From Chitinophagaceae bacterium (GTDB taxonomy: Bacteria; Bacteroidota; Bacteroidia; Chitinophagales; Chitinophagaceae), in the NCBI GenBank assembly GCA_046296295.1, contig JBKBLG010000004.1, forward strand, positions 60,187-124,186: a stretch of 64,000 bases of DNA, given 5' to 3'. The position numbers were made by a program, and so were the translations under genes. The notes beneath the pieces were generated by a model. It was not told where the DNA came from. It saw nothing but the letters and a program-made list of their open reading frames with translations, and searched no databases. Below, piece by piece: positions 28,376 to 35,855 of this stretch; within the stretch, counting starts at the first letter, position 1; every line of letters begins with the position of its first letter.

Positions 28376-29557
28376 ATGAGTGAGTGGAAAGAATATAAAT
28401 TAAAAGATTTGGGAAGAGTTGTTACAGGCAATACTCCATCAAGTAAATTTCCTGAAGAATTTGGAAATGAAATGCCGTTTGTAACACCTTCTGATTATAA
28501 AAATTATAACAAGTGGATTTCGTTTGCTGATAGAAATTTATCTCAAAAAGGAATTGAGAAGTTACAAAGCCGTTTGCTACCTAAAAATTCATTGCTTGTT
28601 ACTTGCATTGGTTCAGATATGGGAAAAGTTGCAATCAATAAAATCCCTGTTATTTCTAATCAGCAAATCAATTCAATAATTCCAAATGAAAATGTTGATG
28701 CTGATTTTCTATACTACAAATTAGTTGAGAGCTATGATGTTTTGAGAATGTATGGAGAAGCAGGAACAGCAGTTCCGATAGTAAATAAGACAGATTTTGA
28801 AAACATTGAAATAGAAATTCCTTCAGAAAAATCCGAGCAAACCGCCATAGCCGAAGTGTTAAGCAGCTTAGACGACAAAATAGACCTGCTGCACCGCCAA
28901 AACGCCACCTTAGAAAAAATGGCCGAAACGCTGTTTAGGCAGTGGTTTGTGGAGGAAGCGAAGGAGGAGTGGGAAGAAGGAACTTTAGATGATATCCTTT
29001 CTGTAAAAGGTGGAACAACCCCAAGTACCGCTGAACCTAGTTATTGGAATGGAACAATTCATTGGACAACACCAAAGGATATTACCAATTTAAACGGATT
29101 ATTTTTATTTGATACCGAAAGAAAAATAACAGAATTGGGCTTATCAAGAATCAGCTCTGGTTTGTTACCCATAGGAACACTCTTAATGACCTCAAGGGCA
29201 CCTGTTGGTGTATTAGCATTTGCAGAAATTCCGTTAGCTATAAATCAAGGTTATATCGCAATTATTGCCAACAAAGGCTATTCAAAAGAATTTATCTACC
29301 TCTGGCTAAAGACAAATATTGATGTAGTGCATAGTTTCTCTAATGGTTCAACTTTTATGGAGATTAGTAAGTCAACTTTTAAAACATTACAGCTACAGAT
29401 TCCTCCAAGTGATGTATTAAATAATTTTCAATCGATTGTAGCCCCCTTATTTACCAAAATAAAATCAAACTCAATCCAAATCCGCACCCTCACCGCCTTG
29501 CGGGATACCTTGTTGCCAAAGTTGATGAGTGGGGAGGTGAGGGTTGAAATGAATTAA
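28376..29557 (+). CDS. hsdS: Type I R-M specificity subunit S
   Basis: Two target-recognition domains are separated by the conserved helix LDDKIDLLHRQNATLEKMAETLFRQWF, and the protein ends in LRDTLLPKLMSGEVRV. The ATG lies 1 nt after the PIN stop. Confidence 0.9.
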   Translation: MSEWKEYKLKDLGRVVTGNTPSSKFPEEFGNEMPFVTPSDYKNYNKWISFADRNLSQKGIEKLQSRLLPKNSLLVTCIGSDMGKVAINKIPVISNQQINSIIPNENVDADFLYYKLVESYDVLRMYGEAGTAVPIVNKTDFENIEIEIPSEKSEQTAIAEVLSSLDDKIDLLHRQNATLEKMAETLFRQWFVEEAKEEWEEGTLDDILSVKGGTTPSTAEPSYWNGTIHWTTPKDITNLNGLFLFDTERKITELGLSRISSGLLPIGTLLMTSRAPVGVLAFAEIPLAINQGYIAIIANKGYSKEFIYLWLKTNIDVVHSFSNGSTFMEISKSTFKTLQLQIPPSDVLNNFQSIVAPLFTKIKSNSIQIRTLTALRDTLLPKLMSGEVRVEMN

Positions 29558-29562
29558 AAAAT

Positions 29563-30141
29563 ATGCAGCAATACAATCCAAATATTCACCATCGCAAATC
29601 CATCCGTTTAAAAGGATACGATTATACGCAGGCAGGATTGTATTTTATTACCATTTGTTGTAACCGTGGGGGCGAATTGCATTCGCCCTTTGGATACATC
29701 GAAAACGGACAAATGATATTGAATGAATACGGACAAATTGCCTATAATGAATGGATGAAAACCCCGGAAATACGACCGAATGTTGAATTGGGGGCATTCA
29801 TCATAATGCCCAACCACATGCACGGTATTATCCGGTTATTGGGTAGGGGCGAATTGCATTCGCCCAATGAAACGGGCATATACGATATGCCCGAACCGCC
29901 CGATAATGGGGGCGTTTGCAAAACGCCCCTACAGTCACCATCACAAACCGTTGGTGCCATTGTTCGTGGTTACAAATCATCGGTTACCAAACGATTGGGT
30001 TTGTTGGGATTCAATGGCAAATTATGGCAACGCAATTATTACGAACACATCATTCGCAACGAACTATCCTATCAAAACATTTCGAATTACATCATCAACA
30101 ATCCTGCAAAATGGCAGGAGGATAAATTTTTTATTGCATGA
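29563..30141 (+). CDS. IS200/IS605-like Y1 (HUH) transposase, REP-associated tyrosine transposase (RAYT)-like
   Basis: HRKSIRLKGYDY..AGLYFITIC, HUH motif MPNHMHGII, and catalytic Tyr region GKLWQRNYYEHIIRNE. No IS ends are visible. The stop overlaps the hsdR start (ATGA). Confidence 0.8.
   Translation: MQQYNPNIHHRKSIRLKGYDYTQAGLYFITICCNRGGELHSPFGYIENGQMILNEYGQIAYNEWMKTPEIRPNVELGAFIIMPNHMHGIIRLLGRGELHSPNETGIYDMPEPPDNGGVCKTPLQSPSQTVGAIVRGYKSSVTKRLGLLGFNGKLWQRNYYEHIIRNELSYQNISNYIINNPAKWQEDKFFIA
29668..29688. repeat. Palindromic hairpin GGGGCGAATTGCATTCGCCC inside the RAYT ORF (copy 1)
   Basis: Identical 20-mer at 29846-29865. Translated in frame as GGELHSP. Confidence 0.85.
29846..29865. repeat. 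Palindromic hairpin GGGGCGAATTGCATTCGCCC inside the RAYT ORF (copy 2)
   Basis: Exact repeat of copy 1. Translated as GRGELHSP. Confidence 0.85.
29909..29929. repeat. Second type of palindromic hairpin (GGGGCGTTTgcaAAACGCCCC) inside the RAYT ORF
   Basis: Imperfect palindrome translated as GGVCKTPLQ, in the variable region between the HUH motif and the Tyr motif. Confidence 0.7.
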
Positions 30142-33100
30142 CCCGCATCAACGAAAATACCATAGAATCCTTTGCCATCGAGTTGCTCGAAAAACTTGGT
30201 TATGCGTATATCTATGCTCCTGATATTGCACCCGAATTCTCCTCCTTTGGAGGGGTGGTCGCAGACCGGGGTGGTCAATTCCCCTCCAATGGAGGGGTGC
30301 CCGAAGGGCGGGGTGGTCAAGATACCCGCGACAGCTATGCACAGGTTTTGTTATTGAACCGATTGCAAAATGCCGTAAAAAGAATCAATCCCGGTATTCC
30401 GGCCGATGCACAGGCAGAAGCCATCAAAGAAATTCAGCGTATTGCCTCACCTGATTTGCTTGCCAACAATGAAACCTTTCATCGTTTATTAACCGAAGGT
30501 ATTCCCGTTTCAAAACGTGTGGATGGAGACGACCGGGGCGACAGAGTTTGGCTGATAGATTTTAAAAATCCGCACAACAACGATTTTGTGGTAGCCAATC
30601 AATTCACCATCATTGAAAACGGAAACAACAAACGACCTGATGTAATTCTTTTTGTGAATGGAATTCCGTTGGTGGTCATCGAACTAAAAAATGCAGCAGA
30701 CGAAAACACCACCATCCATTCAGCCTTCAAGCAAATAGAAACGTATAAAGCCATCATTCCAAGCCTGTTTACTTACAATGGTTTTGTAGTTATTTCAGAT
30801 GGTCTGGAAGCCAAAGCAGGTTCCATCTCTGCGGGCTTTAGTCGTTACATGGCTTGGAAATCGGCTGACGGCAAAGCCGAAGCGTCGCATTTGGTGAGTC
30901 AGTTAGAAACCTTGATTCAAGGCATGCTGAACAAAGCAACCTTGATTGACTTAATCAGGCATTTCATTGTTTTTGAAAAAACTACAAAGCAAGAAAATCA
31001 TGGGAATCATGAAATCAAGCAAATCACGGTTCAGACAACTAAAAAATTAGCAGCTTATCATCAATACTATGCAGTAAACAGAGCCGTTGAATCAACACTT
31101 CGTGCAGCAGGATTTAATTCCCCTCCTTTGGAGGGGTGGTCGCAGACCGGGGTAGTTCATTCCCCTCCTGCGGAAGGATGGCAGACGCAGTCTGACGGGG
31201 TGGTAAAAAGAGCCAGTAAAAACTACTTCGAACTTCCCTACAACCCTAAACTCAAAGAAAGGGCAAGAGAACTTCGACAGGCAGGAAATCTATCGGAAGT
31301 ACTTTTCTGGAATCAGGTGAAGAACAAACAATTTAAAGGCTTCGATTTCGACAGGCAGAAAATCATAGGAAACTACATTGTTGACTTTTATTGCAGTAAT
31401 TGCCAGGTGGTAATTGAAATTGATGGCTGTAGTCACGATGATAAGGTGGAATATGATGCGGAAAGGGATTCCTATTTAAACTCCTTGGGATTGACTGTTA
31501 TTCATATTCCCGTAGCAGATGTATTGCAGCGAATGGGAAGTGTGATGGAAATGCTTTCTAACCACCCCGCCTTGCAGGCACCCCTCCAAGGGAGGGGAAT
31601 TGACCACCCCGCCCTATCGGGAACCCCTCCTGAGGAGGGGAATTTGGTGCAGGAATCACCCAAAAGTTATGGCCTGCCCGGAGTGAAGAACCAACCTATT
31701 GGCGATAAAAAGGGCGGCGTTGTTTGGCATACGCAGGGGAGCGGAAAATCATTATCCATGGTTTTCTACACAGGGAAAATCGTTTTGGCTTTAGATAATC
31801 CAACAGTACTTGTTATTACAGACCGCAATGATTTGGACGACCAACTGTTTGACACCTTTGCGGCATCGAAACAGCTATTAAGACAAGAGCCTGTTCAGGC
31901 AGAGGATAGAAACCATTTAAAAGAATTATTAAAAGTAGCCTCTGGCGGTGTGGTGTTTACAACCGTTCAGAAATTTCAACCCGAAGAAGGCAATGTGTAT
32001 GAATTACTCTCCGACAGAAAAAACATCGTCGTCATTGCCGATGAAGCGCACAGAACGCAATACGGCTTTAAAGCAAAAACCCTTGATGCCAAAGACGAAA
32101 AAGGAAATGTAGTCGGTAAGAAAATCGCTTACGGTTTTGCAAAGTATATGCGGGATGCCTTGCCCAATGCCACGTATTTAGGCTTTACAGGAACACCCAT
32201 TGAAAATACAGACGTAAATACTCCAGCAGTTTTTGGAAACTATGTGGACATTTACGACATAGCCCAAGCCGTTGAAGATGGCGCAACCGTTCGCATTTAT
32301 TACGAAAGCCGATTGGCAAAAGTGAACCTGAGCGAAGAAGGCAAACAATTAGTTGAAGAGCTTGACGATGAACTGGAACAAGAATTCCCCTCCTCTGGAG
32401 GGGTGGTCGAAGACCGGGGTGGTTCAAGAGCAAAAGCCAAATGGACACAGTTGGAAGCCTTGGTGGGCAGTGAAAACAGAATTAAGAACATCGCCAAAGA
32501 TATTGTTTCGCACTTTAGTCAACGACAGGAAGTATTTGAAGGCAAAGGAATGATTGTGTGCATGAGTCGCAGAATTGCAGCCGATTTATACGAAGCAATC
32601 ATTGCCCTAAAACCAGAATGGCATTCAGACGACTTAAACAAAGGGGCGATAAAAGTGGTCATGACTTCCGCATCATCTGACGGTCCGAAAATTTCTAAAC
32701 ATCATACCACCAAAGAACAAAGAAGAATACTCGCTGAAAGAATGAAAAATCCCGATAACGAATTACAATTGGTCATCGTTCGGGATATGTGGCTCACAGG
32801 TTTTGACGCACCAAGTATACACACCCTTTACATTGACAAACCAATGAAAGGACATAATTTGATGCAAGCTATTGCAAGAGTAAACCGTGTTTACAAAGAC
32901 AAGCCGGGCGGTTTGATTGTAGATTATTTAGGTATTGCAGCCGATTTGAAAAAAGCACTGGCCTTTTATTCTGATGCAGGTGGAAAGGGCGACCCAACCA
33001 TTTTGCAGGAACAAGCCGTTCAATTGATGTTAGAGAAACTGGAAGTTGTTTCTCAAATGTTTAATGAACTCCCCTCCCGTGGAGGGGTGTCTGCAGGACG

Positions 33101-34013
33101 GGGTGGTTTTCCGTATGAAAGCTACTTTCAAGCCGACACTTCAAAAAAACTATCCATGATTCTGGCAGCAGAAGAGCACATTTTAGGATTGGAAGATGGA
33201 AAGAAGCGATACATCAACGAAGTAACAGCATTGTCAAAAGCCTTTGCCATTGCCATTCCGCATGAGCAGGCAATGGATGCAAAAGACGAAGTTTCTTTTT
33301 TCCAAGCCGTAAAAGCAAGATTGGCAAAGTTTGACGGAACAGGTTCAGGGAAAACAGACGAAGAAATTGAAACCACCATTCGCCAAGTCATTGACAAAGC
33401 GCTGGTCTCTGAACAGGTCATTGATGTTTTTGATGCCGCAGGAATAAAAAAACCAGATATTTCAATTTTATCCGAAGAGTTCTTAATGGAACTCAAAGGA
33501 ATGGAACACAAAAATGTGGCCTTGGAAGTTTTGAAAAAACTCTTGAACGATGAAATAAAATCAAGAGCCAAAAAGAACCTGGTTAAGAGCAGGACATTCT
33601 TAGAAATGTTAGAAAACTCCATCAAGAAATACCACAACAAAATCCTGACAGCAGCCGAAGTAATTGAAGAACTCATCAATCTTAGTAAAGAGATTGTTGA
33701 AATGGACAATGAAGCCAAGCACATGGGCTTGTCAGACTTTGAATATGCTTTTTACACCGCAGTAGCCAGCAACGACAGCGCAAGAGAACTCATGCAACAA
33801 GACAAATTGAGAGAACTTGCCGTAGTGCTGACAGAAACCATAAGACAAAACGCATCCATTGACTGGACCATTAAAGAAAGTGTAAAAGCTAAATTGAAAG
33901 TTGCAGTAAAAAGAATATTGAGAAAATACGGTTATCCGCCCGACATGCAAATGTTAGCTACAGAAACCGTTTTAAAACAAGCCGAAATGATCGCAAACGA
34001 AATAACGGCATAA
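30138..34013 (+). CDS. hsdR: Type I restriction enzyme subunit R (1291 aa, expanded by in-frame insertions)
   Basis: N-terminal PD-(D/E)xK block DVILFVNGIPLVVIELK, helicase motif I GGVVWHTQGSGKS, motif II VVIADEAHRTQ and motif VI LMQAIARVNR. About 250 extra residues come from repeat units and a DUF559-like module. Confidence 0.95.
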   Translation: MTRINENTIESFAIELLEKLGYAYIYAPDIAPEFSSFGGVVADRGGQFPSNGGVPEGRGGQDTRDSYAQVLLLNRLQNAVKRINPGIPADAQAEAIKEIQRIASPDLLANNETFHRLLTEGIPVSKRVDGDDRGDRVWLIDFKNPHNNDFVVANQFTIIENGNNKRPDVILFVNGIPLVVIELKNAADENTTIHSAFKQIETYKAIIPSLFTYNGFVVISDGLEAKAGSISAGFSRYMAWKSADGKAEASHLVSQLETLIQGMLNKATLIDLIRHFIVFEKTTKQENHGNHEIKQITVQTTKKLAAYHQYYAVNRAVESTLRAAGFNSPPLEGWSQTGVVHSPPAEGWQTQSDGVVKRASKNYFELPYNPKLKERARELRQAGNLSEVLFWNQVKNKQFKGFDFDRQKIIGNYIVDFYCSNCQVVIEIDGCSHDDKVEYDAERDSYLNSLGLTVIHIPVADVLQRMGSVMEMLSNHPALQAPLQGRGIDHPALSGTPPEEGNLVQESPKSYGLPGVKNQPIGDKKGGVVWHTQGSGKSLSMVFYTGKIVLALDNPTVLVITDRNDLDDQLFDTFAASKQLLRQEPVQAEDRNHLKELLKVASGGVVFTTVQKFQPEEGNVYELLSDRKNIVVIADEAHRTQYGFKAKTLDAKDEKGNVVGKKIAYGFAKYMRDALPNATYLGFTGTPIENTDVNTPAVFGNYVDIYDIAQAVEDGATVRIYYESRLAKVNLSEEGKQLVEELDDELEQEFPSSGGVVEDRGGSRAKAKWTQLEALVGSENRIKNIAKDIVSHFSQRQEVFEGKGMIVCMSRRIAADLYEAIIALKPEWHSDDLNKGAIKVVMTSASSDGPKISKHHTTKEQRRILAERMKNPDNELQLVIVRDMWLTGFDAPSIHTLYIDKPMKGHNLMQAIARVNRVYKDKPGGLIVDYLGIAADLKKALAFYSDAGGKGDPTILQEQAVQLMLEKLEVVSQMFNELPSRGGVSAGRGGFPYESYFQADTSKKLSMILAAEEHILGLEDGKKRYINEVTALSKAFAIAIPHEQAMDAKDEVSFFQAVKARLAKFDGTGSGKTDEEIETTIRQVIDKALVSEQVIDVFDAAGIKKPDISILSEEFLMELKGMEHKNVALEVLKKLLNDEIKSRAKKNLVKSRTFLEMLENSIKKYHNKILTAAEVIEELINLSKEIVEMDNEAKHMGLSDFEYAFYTAVASNDSARELMQQDKLRELAVVLTETIRQNASIDWTIKESVKAKLKVAVKRILRKYGYPPDMQMLATETVLKQAEMIANEITA
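30235..30318 (+). repeat. Tandem doublet of 42-nt REP-like units, in frame in hsdR
   Basis: AATTCTCCTCCtttGGAGGGGTGGTCGCAGACCGGGGTGGTC plus AATTCCCCTCCaatGGAGGGGTGCCCGAAGGGCGGGGTGGTC. Each is 42 nt (14 codons). Translated as [29 protein letters not shown]. Confidence 0.95.
31116..31204 (+). repeat. REP-like unit doublet (forward), left flank of the DUF559 cassette
   Basis: AATTCCCCTCCtttGGAGGGGTGGTCGCAGACCGGGGTAGT plus a more diverged second unit ending GACGGGGTGGT. Translated as NSPPLEGWSQTGVVHSPPAEGWQTQSDGVV. Confidence 0.9.
31205..31559 (+). other. DUF559 (Vsr-like PD-(D/E)xK endonuclease-fold) module embedded in frame in hsdR
   Basis: ELPYNPKLKERARELRQ...SEVLFWNQVKNKQFKGFDFDRQKIIGNYIVDFYC....VVIEIDGCSHDDKVEYDAERDSYLNSLGLTVIHI matches the standalone DUF559 protein pattern (R.LR..T.aE..LW...FrRQ..ig.yivDF.c....lviElDG..H...yD..R...L...G..v). 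Confidence 0.8.
31560..31644 (-). repeat. REP-like unit doublet (reverse), right flank of the DUF559 cassette
   Basis: AACCACCCCGCC..CCCCTCCaagGGAGGGGAATT plus GACCACCCCGCC..CCCCTCCtgaGGAGGGGAATT. Translated as NHPALQAPLQGRGIDHPALSGTPPEEGN. Confidence 0.9.
32383..32423 (+). repeat. Single REP-like unit, in frame in hsdR
   Basis: AATTCCCCTCCtctGGAGGGGTGGTCGAAGACCGGGGTGGT, translated as EFPSSGGVVEDRGG. Confidence 0.9.
33067..33107 (+). repeat. Single REP-like unit (5' end diverged), in frame in hsdR
   Basis: AACTCCCCTCCcgtGGAGGGGTGTCTGCAGGACGGGGTGGT, translated as ELPSRGGVSAGRGG. Confidence 0.85.
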
Positions 34014-34343
34014 GTCACACCAGTCAAGACTAAGCCCAAACCTGCAAAAGAGCTTCCGCCTCAACGAGCCTGAAAGAATTTCAAAATATTTTTCCAACCC
34101 TTCAAAAAATACCCCCCGATACACAAGCGCCACAAAAAAGCACCGATTTGACACAAACGAACGATATAAAAATGGTCTGTTCATGACAGACAAGAACGCC
34201 AGCCTAGAACAGCGGTTGGGGGTAATGGCGGGTACAATGGTAATATTGAAATGTAGTTTTTCAAATCAACATTTGCAGTGTTTTGACAGATTTGTGCTCC
34301 AAAATTCGCCAATAGGCAAAGCTGCAAAACATTAGAAGAAATG

Positions 34344-34412
34344 CCTTACGGTAAATGTGCTTCACAAGCACTTATGAATTCATTGTTATATGTTACTTCA
34401 TTTGCCGTAAGG
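34344..34412. repeat. Inverted pair of 14-mers (CCTTACGGTAAATG ... CATTTGCCGTAAGG), 41-nt spacer
   Basis: First native-type motif after the R-M island, about 100 nt upstream of the MFS transporter ATG. Confidence 0.85.
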
Positions 34413-34514
34413 CTACTTAAAAAAACATTAAAGGCCACAGTATCTTTAAATTGTAGTTGAAAGCTAGCAGCTTGGGCGGTGGGATTGTATCTTTCCAAAT
34501 GAACAAGCTTGCTT

Positions 34515-35846
34515 ATGCTAACAGGTACCAAACCACGCCTCAGTTTCTGGCAAATTATTAATATGAATGTTGGCTTTTTTGGCATTCAATATAGTTTTGG
34601 CTTGCAACAAAGTGCGGTGAACCCCATCTACGATTTTTTAGGTGCCAGTCCCGATGAAATTCCACTGCTAAACTTAGCCGGCCCTGTAACGGGTTTAGTA
34701 GTACAGCCTATTATTGGTGCTTTAAGTGATAAAACATGGCATCCAAAATTTGGTCGGCGTAAGCCATATTTTTTGTTTGGGGCATTGCTGTGTAGCCTTG
34801 CGCTTTTCCTATACCCATTTAGCAGCGAACTGTGGATGGCGGCCGGGTTATTGTGGATTTTAGATGCCGGCAACAATACTGCCATGGAACCTTATAGGGC
34901 TTTTATTGCCGATAAACTCGATGCAACGCAGCAACCCATAGGCTTTCAGGCACAAAGTTTTTTTACCGGATTCGGACAAACGCTGGCCAATGTTTCGCTA
35001 TTTGTGTTTCCTATGATTTTTACGGGTGTTATTGGTAAGCTATACACTTGGGTATATGCTTCGTTCTTTTTAGGTGCCGTTTGTAGTATTGGAAGCATTT
35101 GGTGGAGTATACGTACTACGCCTGAAATACCACCAACAGAAGCTGAGCTCAGAGTTATGCGGCAAGAGAAATTAGATGTTTTCACACCGTTTAAGGAAAT
35201 TCTACATGCTTTTAAAGATATGCCTAAAATAATGTGGCAACTAGCGTTGGTGTATCTTTTTCAGTGGTATGCTTTGTTTTGCTACTGGCAAAACGCTTCT
35301 AAAAGTGTTGCACTATCGGTATATAAAACCACACCGGAAAATAAAGCACTGTATGCCGAGGCTGTAAGCTGGACAGGCCTTGTAAATGGTTGGTACAATA
35401 TAGTTACCTTTTTAACCGCCTTTTTATTGGTAGGGTTTGCAAGAAAATATGCTGCCAAGTGGGTACATTTTACCTGCTTGTTGCTGGCTGGTATTGGCTT
35501 TATAGCCTTCCCCCAGATTGAGAACAAGTACTTGTTATTCCCAGCCATTACTGGTTTTGGTATTGGCTGGGCAAGTATGATGGGTATCCCTTATTTAATA
35601 GTAGTGAGCGAAATACCTAAAGAACGTTACGGGGTGTATATGGGCATTATTAATATGATGATTGTGGTACCGATGATATTGCAAAACATAAGTTTTGGCT
35701 ATATCTTAAAATATTGGTTACATAACGATGCAGGTAATGCCATTACTGTAGCAGGTGTGTTGCTGATTTTAGCTGCACTTGCAACTAGCCTTATAAAATC
35801 AAAACCTACTACTACGCCTGTACTATTATCAGGAGGCGGACACTAA
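34515..35846 (+). CDS. MFS sugar transporter (GPH/SLC45-like, probable sucrose or maltose:H+ symporter)
   Basis: 12-TM hydrophobic protein. N-terminal LSFWQI.NMN.GFFGIQ.SF and SDKTW.P.FGRRKPY resemble SLC45/GPH sucrose transporters. First gene of the GH13/fructokinase cluster. Confidence 0.7.
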   Translation: MLTGTKPRLSFWQIINMNVGFFGIQYSFGLQQSAVNPIYDFLGASPDEIPLLNLAGPVTGLVVQPIIGALSDKTWHPKFGRRKPYFLFGALLCSLALFLYPFSSELWMAAGLLWILDAGNNTAMEPYRAFIADKLDATQQPIGFQAQSFFTGFGQTLANVSLFVFPMIFTGVIGKLYTWVYASFFLGAVCSIGSIWWSIRTTPEIPPTEAELRVMRQEKLDVFTPFKEILHAFKDMPKIMWQLALVYLFQWYALFCYWQNASKSVALSVYKTTPENKALYAEAVSWTGLVNGWYNIVTFLTAFLLVGFARKYAAKWVHFTCLLLAGIGFIAFPQIENKYLLFPAITGFGIGWASMMGIPYLIVVSEIPKERYGVYMGIINMMIVVPMILQNISFGYILKYWLHNDAGNAITVAGVLLILAALATSLIKSKPTTTPVLLSGGGH

Positions 35847-35855
35847 ACAATCAAC

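Noticed and set aside
30087-32553. Short ORFs on both strands over the REP-like units (for example 30087..30320-, 30148..30342-, 30172..30357+, 32185..32448-, 32300..32497-, 32353..32553+)
   Set aside because: The GC-rich palindromic units lack stop codons in most frames, so spurious ORFs appear. All of them are nested in the well-supported hsdR frame.
26515-33107. Possibility that the repeated GC-rich palindromes are a CRISPR array
   Set aside because: The copies are irregularly spaced, from 0 nt to more than 3 kb apart, and occur in both orientations inside intact hsdM and hsdR reading frames. There are no uniform spacers and no cas genes.
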